Shown here: positions 9,781 to 18,317 of the stretch, in pieces
Numbering within the stretch: the first letter of the stretch is position 1
Layout: each line of letters starts with the position of its first letter
NCBI GenBank assembly: GCA_963813155.1
Contig: CAWEYG010000002.1
Location: 160,001-224,000, forward strand
Direction of reading: 5' to 3'
DNA: 64,000 nt
From: an uncultured Acidobacteriota bacterium
Lineage (GTDB): Bacteria; Acidobacteriota; Thermoanaerobaculia; UBA5066; DATFVB01
Notes under the pieces: model-generated
Database searches by the model: none
What the model saw: the letters and a program-made list of their open reading frames with translations, nothing else
Told to the model about the DNA's origin: nothing
Program-made: the position numbers and the translations under genes

Positions 9781-11115
9781 TCACGAACGCCGCTTCTTCC
9801 GCCGCTCGGCCCAGCCCTCGATGTTGCGCTGGGAACCGCGGGAGAGGGCGAGGGCTCCCGGCGGGACGTCTTTCGTGATCGTGGAACCCGCTCCCACGTA
9901 AGCGCCTTCGCCCACTTCGACCGGCGCGACGAGCTGCGAATCGCTGCCGATGAATGCCCGCTTTCCGATGACGGTCCTGTGCTTGTGCTCGCCGTCGTAG
10001 TTGCAGGTGATCGTTCCCGCCCCGATGTTCGCGTCTTCTCCGACCTCGGTGTCGCCGAGATAACTCAGGTGCGCGGCTTTCGCACCACGCCGAAGGTGCG
10101 CTTTCTTCGTCTCGACGAAATTCCCGACCCGGACGTCCTCCTCGAGCACGGTTCCCGGCCGAAGCCGCGCGAACGGGCCCACTGTCGTCCGGCGGCCCAC
10201 CGAGGCATCGTTGAGATCGCAGAACGACTTGATCTCGCACCCTTCGGCGAGCCGGGTCCGCCCTTCGAGCACGACGAACGGATGGATCACGACGTCCCGC
10301 GCGGCGGACACGTACGGCCCGACGAGGGTCGTCTCCGGATCGAGCAGCGTCGCGCCCTGGTCGATGAGCCGCTCCGCGCCGCGCCGGCGTTCGACCGCGT
10401 CCGCGAAAGCGAGCTCCCGGCGGGAATTGACCCCCATCGCTTCGCGCGGATCGCCGAGCTCGAGGACTTCGACCCTCTCGCCGGCGCGCGCCATCGCCGT
10501 GACGGCGTCGGTCAGGTAGAACTCGTGCGCCGCGTTGTCGTCGCGGACCTGCTCGAGGCCCCGCTCCAGCGCGCCGCGGCGAAAACAATAGATTCCCGCA
10601 TTGATCTCGCGGATCTTCTTCTGCGCCGGCCCCGCGTCGCGGACCTCGACGATCCGCGCGAATCGCCCGTTTTTCCTCACGATCCGGCCGAGGGAACCGG
10701 GATCGGCCGGGCGCGCCGAAAACAGGACGGCGGCGGCGCGCGCGCGCCGGAATTCTTCGACGAGCCTCCGCAACGACTCGGCGGTGATCAGCGGCGTGTC
10801 GCCCGAAAGCACGAGGACCGGATCGTCCGCGGGGCCGAACGCCGAGAGCGCCCGCGCCGCGGCGTCTCCCGTGCCGCGAGGGGGATCCTGCACGACGACC
10901 TGGATGCCTGTCCGGGCGTGAAGCCTCTCGGCGACGCGATCGAGCCCCGGGCTCGCGACGACGACGATCTTCGCCGGGGAAAGCTTCTCCGCCTCGTCGA
11001 GAACCGCGTCGAGCATCGCGCGCCCCGCGACTCGATGCAGCACCTTCGGCAGGTCGGAATTCATGCGCGTCCCGGCGCCCGCCGCCATGATCACCACGGA
11101 GAGAACCGGGGGCAC
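9781..11115 (-). CDS. glmU: Bifunctional UDP-GlcNAc pyrophosphorylase / glucosamine-1-phosphate N-acetyltransferase
   Basis: MAAGAGTRM..PKVLH, EINAGIYCF, EFYLTD, GPFARLRPG, GNFVETK, HLSYLGD, TCNYDG. Start uncertain: GTG at 11115, or CTG at 11172 overlapping the upstream stop. Confidence 0.93.
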   Translation of the reverse strand: MPPVLSVVIMAAGAGTRMNSDLPKVLHRVAGRAMLDAVLDEAEKLSPAKIVVVASPGLDRVAERLHARTGIQVVVQDPPRGTGDAAARALSAFGPADDPVLVLSGDTPLITAESLRRLVEEFRRARAAAVLFSARPADPGSLGRIVRKNGRFARIVEVRDAGPAQKKIREINAGIYCFRRGALERGLEQVRDDNAAHEFYLTDAVTAMARAGERVEVLELGDPREAMGVNSRRELAFADAVERRRGAERLIDQGATLLDPETTLVGPYVSAARDVVIHPFVVLEGRTRLAEGCEIKSFCDLNDASVGRRTTVGPFARLRPGTVLEEDVRVGNFVETKKAHLRRGAKAAHLSYLGDTEVGEDANIGAGTITCNYDGEHKHRTVIGKRAFIGSDSQLVAPVEVGEGAYVGAGSTITKDVPPGALALSRGSQRNIEGWAERRKKRRS

Positions 11116-11168
11116 CGCGGGGGACGCCGCCGGAACGCGGGGACGCGATTTCTTTTTCGTGGGACTCT

Positions 11169-11846
11169 TCAGGCCGTCGCCGCCGTGAGGTTCAGAAACT
11201 CCGGCGTCTCGCGGAGCGGCTCGAAATCGAGGTCGCGGCGCGCGAGAGTCCGATTGCTCTCGTCTTCCGCGATCGCCCGCTCGAGAGCCTCGATCGCCCG
11301 TTCCGGGTCGTTCAGCTGGGCGAAACAACACGCGAGGAGGTAGGACACGCGCCCGTCGTCCGATTTCCGAGACTTCTTGAGTTGCTCGATCGCGCCCAGG
11401 AAATTCTTGCGGTTCTTCTCGAGCAGCGCGCCATAATAGGGATCCTCGCCATCGGAGCCCGCCACCGGCTTTCCGTTCTTTTTCCGCCGCTCGCAAACCG
11501 CCAGGTAGAGCCGGGAGCGGTCCGCCAGCTCTTTTTCGTCGGCGAATTCGTCGAGGACCGCCCGAAAATGCTTCTCGGCCTCTTCGAATTTCTTCTTCTG
11601 CAGCGCGGCCGCGCCCCTCTCGTACTCCTTGCGGGCCGCTTCCGAGTGCTTGGACATCTCGCGAAACGAAGCGGGGGCCTTGATCGAGCTTCCGGACCCG
11701 TTGTCGGAGATCAGGCCGAGCTTTTCGATTTTCGCCTCGATCTCGCCGAGTGTCGCGCCGAGCCGGTCGGCGAGCGACTGAACGTCCATCTTGCCGGCAT
11801 TGTCGCGAAGAAACCGGAGATCCGATTCGGCCCAGCGTTTCGTCAT
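11169..11846 (-). CDS. TPR-repeat protein with N-terminal Myb/HTH-like segment
   Basis: N-terminus KRWAESDLRFLRDNAGKMDVQSLADRLG; TPR-like helices YERGAAALQKKKFEEAEKHF and YLLACCFAQLND...ARRDLDFEPLR; GGAGG RBS. Confidence 0.75.
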   Translation of the reverse strand: MTKRWAESDLRFLRDNAGKMDVQSLADRLGATLGEIEAKIEKLGLISDNGSGSSIKAPASFREMSKHSEAARKEYERGAAALQKKKFEEAEKHFRAVLDEFADEKELADRSRLYLAVCERRKKNGKPVAGSDGEDPYYGALLEKNRKNFLGAIEQLKKSRKSDDGRVSYLLACCFAQLNDPERAIEALERAIAEDESNRTLARRDLDFEPLRETPEFLNLTAATA

Positions 11847-11885
11847 CTTTGTTTCGCCTCCGAGCGTTTCAAATAAAAACGAGGA

Positions 11886-11915
11886 ATACTACGAGCGGGG
11901 CGAGCGGGCTGTCAA
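11886..11915 (-). promoter_or_regulatory. Sigma70-type promoter for the TPR-glmU-glmS-pcrA operon
   Basis: Minus strand TTGACA (11915-11910), 18 nt spacer, TAGTAT (11891-11886). Confidence 0.6.
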
Positions 11916-11978
11916 GTCGGCCGCGGCGGGAATAGCCCCGGCCTCGCGAGTGTTTTTCGATGGGAGAGAATGGTGCGC

Positions 11979-12257
11979 ATGAAACCCGTTGCTGCGGCTG
12001 CCCTGGCGTTCCTCCTGGCCGCCGGAATCGCGCCCGCGGCCGAAAAGGCCCAGAACAGCGCCGGCGTGGTGAAGGAGTATTCCGCCGCGGAACGGACGTT
12101 CTCCGTCGAAGACGAGAGCGGCCGGACGATCCGGTTCGTCTGGGCGAAAGCCACGAAATTCAACGGCGTCGTCTCCACGGGAGCTCGGGTGACCGTGCGG
12201 TACACCGAGCAGGGAGACGGCCGAAACCTCGCCCAGACCGTCGGCGTTCTCAAATAA
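11979..12257 (+). CDS. Small secreted OB-fold-like protein
   Basis: Signal peptide MKPVAAAALAFLLAAGIAPAA; beta-rich GVVKEY...GARVTVRY pattern. Confidence 0.7.
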   Translation: MKPVAAAALAFLLAAGIAPAAEKAQNSAGVVKEYSAAERTFSVEDESGRTIRFVWAKATKFNGVVSTGARVTVRYTEQGDGRNLAQTVGVLK

Positions 12258-12260
12258 CGG

Positions 12261-12701
12261 TCAAACGAGCTTGCGCGCGATCCAGAGCGGACCGATCAAC
12301 AGGTGCGCCAGATTGCGGAGAAACGCGGGGCGATTCTTTTCGTAGACGGCGTGCCCCACGAGCTGGAAGGCCCATCCGCCGAGGAAGAGGCCGGCCGCGA
12401 GACCGATTGCAAAGGCCGGCGAGGTCCACGCGGGAATCGCCCGGGACACGAGATCGGACGCTGCCAGGTACACGAAGAACGCCGCGGCGGCGCCCGCGTC
12501 GATCGCGACGGCGGCGAGAGTCGCCAGGACGATCACCGGTTCCGCGGCAGACCACGGCCCCGACACGATCGGTACCCGGGTCAGGGCGAGCACGAGCGAG
12601 AACACGATGAGGGGAATTCCGACGGCATGGCACGCACGATTTCCGGCCGTGGAATGCGCCGCCGCATAGTCCGAAAACAGCCGCGTCGCGCGCGCGTTCA
12701 C
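12261..12701 (-). CDS. Mpo1/DUF962 family membrane protein
   Basis: YAAAHSTAGNRACHAVGIP, GWAFQLVGHAVYEKNRPAF, LLIGPLW. Confidence 0.88.
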   Translation of the reverse strand: MNARATRLFSDYAAAHSTAGNRACHAVGIPLIVFSLVLALTRVPIVSGPWSAAEPVIVLATLAAVAIDAGAAAAFFVYLAASDLVSRAIPAWTSPAFAIGLAAGLFLGGWAFQLVGHAVYEKNRPAFLRNLAHLLIGPLWIARKLV

Positions 12702-12799
12702 GCCAAAATTCTACTCCGAAAATTCCGTCCGCGCCGGGCGCCGGAAAGGGTTGTTATTTCCCAGGCCCGGCACTAGAATCCGCCGCGAAGGAGAAACCG

Positions 12800-13069
12800 A
12801 TGGGAATGTACATCATCGCGGAGCCGTGCATCGGGACGAAGGACACCGCGTGTGTCGATGTCTGCCCGGTGGATTGCATCCATCCGAGGAAGGACGAGGG
12901 CGGATTCGAGGCCGCGGAGATGCTTTACATCGATCCCGACACCTGCATTCAATGCGGCAACTGCGAGCCCGCCTGCCCGGTCACGGCGATCTTCACGGAG
13001 GAGACCATCCCCGAGAAGTGGAAGCACTTCCAGCAGATCAACGCCGACTGGTACAAGAACCCGAAGTAG
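12800..13069 (+). CDS. Ferredoxin (7Fe/dicluster FdxA-like)
   Basis: YIIAEPCIGTKDTACVDVCPVDCI, IDPDTCIQCGNCEPACPV; AAGGAG RBS. Confidence 0.95.
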   Translation: MGMYIIAEPCIGTKDTACVDVCPVDCIHPRKDEGGFEAAEMLYIDPDTCIQCGNCEPACPVTAIFTEETIPEKWKHFQQINADWYKNPK

Positions 13070-13101
13070 AGCCCCGAGCTCCGTCCCTTCAGCCCCGTCG
13101 T

Positions 13102-13174
13102 TGTCATTGCGAGGAGCATCGCGACGAAGCAATCTGACCCCGGAGTAGATTGCTTTGCTCCACGCGCAATGACA
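13102..13174. repeat. Palindromic REP/RPE-like element of the GTCATTGCGAG...CGCAATGAC type, between convergent genes
   Basis: TGTCATTGC (13102-13110) pairs with GCAATGACA (13166-13174); inner AAGCAATCT/AGATTGCTT stem. Confidence 0.7.
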
Positions 13175-13188
13175 TCGCCCGTCTCAGT

Positions 13189-13953
13189 TCACCTGGTCCC
13201 CTTCAAATTCTTCTCGAGAAAAGCGTTCGCGCGCGCGTCGGCGTCGCGCGCCTGGGTCGGCCGGTAGACCTTGGGATCCGGCGACGACGCGAAGCCGTGC
13301 CCGGCGCCCGCGTAAATCTTGAAGTCGACCGATTTTCCCGCCGCCCGGGCGGCCTTCTCGAACTCTTCGACACTCGCGGGAGGAATGCCCTGGTCCTCGG
13401 CCCCAAAGTTTCCGAGCAGCGGAGCGTGGATACTCGCGATCGTCGCCGGGTCGGTCACGAGCCGCCCGTAGTTGAGGACGCACGCGGCGAGCTTCGGCTC
13501 TTCGATCGCGAGAGCGAGGGAGTAGCCGCCCCCCATGCACCAGCCGATCGACCCGATCCGCGAAGCGTCCACATCGTCGCGCGAAGCGAGATAGTCGAAC
13601 GCCGCTTTGAGGTCGCGCATCGCCCGATCCTCGGGAAGCCCCCTCATCAGCTGGTGCGCCACGTCGGCGCTCGCTCCGGCCGACTTGCCGCGGTAGAGGT
13701 CCAGCGCGAGCGCGACGTACCCGTCGCGCGAGAAGCGGTCCGTTTTGGCACGCACCCAGTCGTTCAGGCCCCACCATTCGTGGACGACGACGAGTGCGGG
13801 ATGTTTCCCCGCTCCGGACGGAAGAGAGAGATATCCCGACACGGTCTCATCGCCGCTCTTGTAGGACACCATCTTGCCCGTCATGGCCCGTGAGGACGCG
13901 GCGAGCATCGAAACGGCAAATCCCAGACAAATTGCTTTTCTCAACAAGATCAC
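13189..13953 (-). CDS. Dienelactone hydrolase family protein, secreted
   Basis: Signal peptide; HEWWGLN, GWCMGG nucleophile, GAED, GHGF. Confidence 0.92.
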   Translation of the reverse strand: MILLRKAICLGFAVSMLAASSRAMTGKMVSYKSGDETVSGYLSLPSGAGKHPALVVVHEWWGLNDWVRAKTDRFSRDGYVALALDLYRGKSAGASADVAHQLMRGLPEDRAMRDLKAAFDYLASRDDVDASRIGSIGWCMGGGYSLALAIEEPKLAACVLNYGRLVTDPATIASIHAPLLGNFGAEDQGIPPASVEEFEKAARAAGKSVDFKIYAGAGHGFASSPDPKVYRPTQARDADARANAFLEKNLKGTR

Positions 13954-14036
13954 CTCCCGGCGAGAATTCTTTCCCGCCCGTTCTCAATTCTAACTCTCGC
14001 GAGCGCGTCTATCCTGACGTAAAATGCTCTCGCTTC

Positions 14037-14540
14037 ATGCTCGAACAACAGCCTCTCTTCCCGGTGGTTCCCGACGAACGCCGAGAGCTGCAGTCGTTCT
14101 ACGACGCCCTCGCCGAGCGGTTCGGTCTCGCTCCGGCGCGGGTCGTCATCTCCCGGCGAAAGCTCACGGGCGGACACATCATTTACGGCCCCCCTCACCG
14201 CATCGTGATCTCGGCGCACCTCACGCAGCGCGACCGAATCGAGACTCTCAAGCACGAGGCCGCGCACGCCTATTGCTTCCGCACCGACGGGCCCGACGAG
14301 GCCCACTCTCAGAAATTCTGGAAGGTCGCGCGATCGTTCGGCGCCAAGCGCCGGCACGCGCCCGAGACGCAAGCCCTCACGGAATTCCGCGCCCAGCGCG
14401 AGATCGTCTACCGGTGCGAAAGCTGCCGCAACGACTTTCCGCGGATGCGCCCCTACCGGAGAGCCATGCTCTGCGCGTCGTGCCACCGGAAGGGCCGCCC
14501 CGCGCGACTTCGCCGGGAACGCGTCTCGAAGAAGTCGTGA
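14037..14540 (+). CDS. SprT-like zinc metalloprotease with C-terminal Zn ribbon
   Basis: HEAAH, H..FW, YRCESC...LCASC; start taken at MLEQQP. Confidence 0.8.
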   Translation: MLEQQPLFPVVPDERRELQSFYDALAERFGLAPARVVISRRKLTGGHIIYGPPHRIVISAHLTQRDRIETLKHEAAHAYCFRTDGPDEAHSQKFWKVARSFGAKRRHAPETQALTEFRAQREIVYRCESCRNDFPRMRPYRRAMLCASCHRKGRPARLRRERVSKKS

Positions 14541-15430
14541 CTGCCGGCCGCCCGGACGCGGCGGCGCTCGCGGAACGGGCGGGGCGCCGGGAGGGCGCCC
14601 TCCTCGTCGCGGCTGCCGCCCTTCTCTGGTCCACGGGCGGCCTCGCGATCAAATGGATCCCGCTGGCACCCCTGAACATCGTGTTCCACCGGGCATGGAT
14701 CGCGAGCCTGACCCTGCTCCTGCTGCTTCGCCCCCGGAAAATCCGCCCCACGCCCGCATTCTTCGTGGCTTGCGGAACCTACGCCGGAATGATCATCACG
14801 TTCGTCGTCGCGACGAAATGGACCACGGCGGCGAACGCGATCTTTCTGCAGGACTCCGGAATCGTGTGGGTGCTCATTTTCTCGCCCCTCGTCGCCGGGG
14901 AAGCCATCGACCGGCGCGACGTCGCGGCCGTCGTCGCCTGTCTCGGGGGAATGGTCCTGTTCTTCGTCGGAAAGATCTCGACGCACGGAGAAGCCGGCAA
15001 CGCCATGAGCCTTCTCTCCGGCGCGTTCTACGCGGCGACGGTGCTGCTCCTGCGCCGCCTGAAGGGGCCCGCGTCGGAGTGGACGGCAATCGTCGGGAAC
15101 CTCGCGGCCGCCCTCGCGTCCCTCGCGTTCGCGGCGCGGCCCTTCGACGTTCCGCCAAAAGCGATCGCGCCGCTGGTTTTTCTCGGCGTCGTCCAGATCG
15201 GCGTGGCGTATTCCCTTTTCATCCGCGGACTCGGAAGAATCCGCGCGGCCGAGGCGTCGATCATCTCGCTGCTCGAACCGATCTTCAACCCGATCTGGGT
15301 ATTCCTCGGCGTCGGCGAGCGCCCGTCGATTTTCGCGATTTGCGGCGCGGCGGTGGTTCTGTCGGCGATCGCCTGGCGAACGCTTGCGACGGGCTCCGCG
15401 CCGGCCGACGCCGTCCCCAGCCCGGACTGA
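14537..15430 (+). CDS. EamA/DMT family transporter
   Basis: About 10 TM segments, LLWSTGG, TTAANAIFL, LLEPIFNPIWV; GTGA overlap. Confidence 0.9.
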   Translation: MTAGRPDAAALAERAGRREGALLVAAAALLWSTGGLAIKWIPLAPLNIVFHRAWIASLTLLLLLRPRKIRPTPAFFVACGTYAGMIITFVVATKWTTAANAIFLQDSGIVWVLIFSPLVAGEAIDRRDVAAVVACLGGMVLFFVGKISTHGEAGNAMSLLSGAFYAATVLLLRRLKGPASEWTAIVGNLAAALASLAFAARPFDVPPKAIAPLVFLGVVQIGVAYSLFIRGLGRIRAAEASIISLLEPIFNPIWVFLGVGERPSIFAICGAAVVLSAIAWRTLATGSAPADAVPSPD

Positions 15431-15446
15431 ACCGCCGGCGGCCGGG

Positions 15447-16388
15447 CTAGTTCTTCGCGACGTTGAGGAAACGGCGCAGGGGATCCTTCACGTAAGACGG
15501 GAGCTTCTGCGCAATCATCCAAACGCGGTCCGTCACGGGAGGCGCCGCGGCGGGGTTCTTGAAGCACTCGGCGCACCGGGGAAGTTTCGTAAAGTCGTGC
15601 CTCCGGAAGGCGTCTTCGATGACGTCGAGCATCGGCGAAGACGCGATCTCGCGGATCGTCTGCGTCTTCACGTTTCCGAGCGGCTGGGTCGCGTCGTAGT
15701 CGTAACAGCAATGGCTGACGTTTCCGTTCGCGAGGATCACGAACCACTGGTACGGCGTGCCCTGGAAGCAGCCGTAGTAGGCCTGGTGGAGTTCCGTGAC
15801 TTCCGACGTGTCGAGACCTTCGCAGGTCTTCTGCGTCACGCGCGCCTGGGGATATTTATGAAGCTCGAAGAATTCTTCGATGTCGCGCGTGCGCTCGCGC
15901 TGGGTGAGCGGCATGATCATCCGCTGAATGTCCACCTGGATTTTCTTTCCGCGCGAGAGCTCGAGAAAGCGCCGGACGTTCTCGACGACGACCTCCAGCT
16001 TCGCGCCCCGGGATTTCGCGTAAACCTCGGGAATCAGGGTGTCGATCGACAGGATGATCCGCGACAGCGACGTCGAGAGGATCTCTCTCCCCTTCTCCTC
16101 CGTCAGCAGCGTCGCGTTCGTCGAGACGCAGACGCCGGGAAACAGATCGATCGCCTCCGGAAGCTTCTTGTACAGGAGCGGCTCGCCGAGCTCGTGGAGA
16201 TAGCGCATCTTCAGCCCGAGCTCTTTCATCTCCGCGGCGATCTTCTCGACCATCCACCAGGGCGCATCCTCGTAGGGACGGTCGATCTCGTCCATCGGGC
16301 ACATGCCGCAGCGCAGGTTGCAACGGCTCGTCAGTTCGAGGTTGTATTTCAACGTCTTGAGCCGAAGCCCGTTACGCCCCCGGCTCAT
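15447..16388 (-). CDS. Radical SAM protein with SPASM/twitch domain
   Basis: CNLRCGMC, GEPLL, STNATLL, C-terminal CFQG...CCYD...CAEC. Confidence 0.9.
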   Translation of the reverse strand: MSRGRNGLRLKTLKYNLELTSRCNLRCGMCPMDEIDRPYEDAPWWMVEKIAAEMKELGLKMRYLHELGEPLLYKKLPEAIDLFPGVCVSTNATLLTEEKGREILSTSLSRIILSIDTLIPEVYAKSRGAKLEVVVENVRRFLELSRGKKIQVDIQRMIMPLTQRERTRDIEEFFELHKYPQARVTQKTCEGLDTSEVTELHQAYYGCFQGTPYQWFVILANGNVSHCCYDYDATQPLGNVKTQTIREIASSPMLDVIEDAFRRHDFTKLPRCAECFKNPAAAPPVTDRVWMIAQKLPSYVKDPLRRFLNVAKN

Positions 16389-16463
16389 CGGAAATCGCCT
16401 CCGCTACGCATTCCGGGATGATAGTGCACTTGCTTCTATAATGCAGGGCGAGCAAGCCGCGAC

Positions 16464-17168
16464 ATGAACACCGTCGTTTTCGACATCGAGACCGTGGGAG
16501 TCGACTGGACCTCGCTCGACGAGGCGCAGCGGGCGTACCTGCTGAAGAACGCGAAAACCGAAGAAGAACAGCGGCTCGTGCCCGAGTGGCTCTCGCTGTG
16601 GCCGATGACCGGAAAAATCGTCGTCCTCGCAATGCAGAACGTGGAGACCGGCAAGGGCCGCGTCTGGTTCGAGAAGACCGACGGACGCTCGGAAGAGAAA
16701 TCCGAAGACGGCCTCTTCGACTTCGTCGGGGACAGCGAGCCGGCGTTCCTGGAAGAGTTCTGGAAAGCGGTCTCGAAATTCGACCGCTTCGTCACGTTCA
16801 ATGGCCGCGGCTTCGACTGCCCGTGGATGATGCTTCGAAGCGCCGTGCTCGGCATCCGGCCGTCGCGCAACCTCATGGGCTACCGGTACTCCCTGCGGCC
16901 GCACGTCGACCTGCTGGAGGTCCTGACGCTGTTCGGGTCGGGGGGAACCGCCGCGAGGAAATTCAACCTCGACTTCTTCTGCAAGACGTTCGGGATCGCG
17001 AGCCCGAAGGAAGAAGGGATGGACGGCTACTCAGTCGGCCCGTACTACCGGGAAGGTCGACTGCCGGAGATCGCCCGCTACTGCCGCCGTGACGTGGAGG
17101 CGACGGGCGCGCTCTTCAAGCGACTCGAAACGACCTTGATTCCCGTTCTCGACAACTCGAGAAGCTGA
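16464..17168 (+). CDS. 3'-5' exonuclease, PolB-like RNase H fold
   Basis: VFDIET, TFNGRGFD, HVDL, YCRRDV (DEDDy motifs). Confidence 0.88.
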   Translation: MNTVVFDIETVGVDWTSLDEAQRAYLLKNAKTEEEQRLVPEWLSLWPMTGKIVVLAMQNVETGKGRVWFEKTDGRSEEKSEDGLFDFVGDSEPAFLEEFWKAVSKFDRFVTFNGRGFDCPWMMLRSAVLGIRPSRNLMGYRYSLRPHVDLLEVLTLFGSGGTAARKFNLDFFCKTFGIASPKEEGMDGYSVGPYYREGRLPEIARYCRRDVEATGALFKRLETTLIPVLDNSRS

Positions 17169-17180
17169 GCCGGCGAGCCC

Positions 17181-17655
17181 CTAGTCCGACTTCGCCTTGA
17201 CGAGCGTGATCTTGTCGAACGCGAAGATGACCGACGCGACCGGCGCAGTTGCCGCTGCCCGAAGAGAGCTGGGTAATCGCGACGGGCGAGACGCCGTCGA
17301 GCTTCCAGTCGATCAGTACGGTTCCTTCGTTGTCGAGACTGAGGATCTCGATGGATTTCGGCGAGATCGAGCCGCCGGCCCCAGCCTCGTTCAGCCAGTC
17401 CGACAGGCCCGCGAGGCCCTTCGGCGTGAGGGTCAGCGTCAGGCGGGGAGTCGGGGCGGGCGCGGTGATCTGGCGCGGCGAATAGGCGATGTCCAGCGCC
17501 CGCTCGAAATCGATCGCAAACCCGGCGGCTCCCGGAGTGTCGGCCCCGTCCACCCGCAGCGCGAAATTCTTCGGGTTCGGGTTCGTCGTCTGCGCCGCTG
17601 CCGCTGCGGCGAAGAGCGCGAGGGCGATCGCGAACGGTCCGATTCGGGTCTTCAA
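17181..17655 (-). CDS. Secreted protein with phage tail-tube (T4 gp19/Hcp)-like sequence pattern; single frameshift near 17255
   Basis: AAGGAGG, 5 nt, then TTG start; signal peptide MKTRIGPFAIALALFAAAAAA|Q; NFALRVDG, LSDWL, KSIEILSLDNEGTVLIDWKLDGVSP; continues in a shifted frame as ATAPVASVIFAFDKITLVKAKSD*. Confidence 0.6.
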
Positions 17656-17728
17656 CGGAGCCTCCTTGGTTACGACGACCCGATCGTAACACCGGAGCGG
17701 CTCCGGGGGATCGGGTAGAATCGCGCGC

Positions 17729-18292
17729 ATGCCGAAGCTGTCTTCCCAGGACATTGGCGCCGAGTTCGCCGGTCCCGCCAAGGCCTATCCCCCGAAGGTC
17801 CCCATCGAGGGGGTCCGGGTGCACCGCCTCGCTCGCCACGTCGACGACCGCGGGTTTTTCATGGAGGTTTTTCGAAGCCGCGCGACCGGGGCCCACGGCG
17901 CGGCGCTCGCGGAATTCTGGGCGGGAGTCGACGCGGCCCAGTTGAACTTCTCGATCGTCAACGCCGAGAACCACGTGAAGGGCCTGCACTACCATCTCCA
18001 GCAGGAAGACATCTGGTTCTGCCCGCCTCCGTCGAAGATCAAGATCGTGCTCTTCGACCTCCGAAAGGATTCGAAGACCTTCCAGCAGACGCAGGTCCTT
18101 GTCGCCGGCGACGGCAACGACATCGTCGTGCGCATTCCGGAAGGCGTCGCGCACGGCTACCGCCCTCTGACGAACCCCTGCTCGCTTTTCTACATCGTGA
18201 CGAAGCCCTTCGAGCTCGACGATCCCGACGAGTTCCGGGTCGCCTGGGATCATCCGGCCATCAAGAACTTGTGGGAGACCCCCAACGGATAG
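17729..18292 (+). CDS. rmlC: dTDP-4-dehydrorhamnose 3,5-epimerase family (cupin)
   Basis: DDRGFFMEVFR, KGLHYH, FDLRKDSKTF, IPEGVAHGY, WDHP. Confidence 0.82.
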   Translation: MPKLSSQDIGAEFAGPAKAYPPKVPIEGVRVHRLARHVDDRGFFMEVFRSRATGAHGAALAEFWAGVDAAQLNFSIVNAENHVKGLHYHLQQEDIWFCPPPSKIKIVLFDLRKDSKTFQQTQVLVAGDGNDIVVRIPEGVAHGYRPLTNPCSLFYIVTKPFELDDPDEFRVAWDHPAIKNLWETPNG

Positions 18293-18317
18293 AGCCCGCT
18301 CTTCGCTCCGCACGAAG

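Noticed and set aside
10190-10300. GlmU with about one fewer hexapeptide coil than E. coli
   Set aside because: Shorter beta-helix variants are known in other bacteria; catalytic motifs are intact
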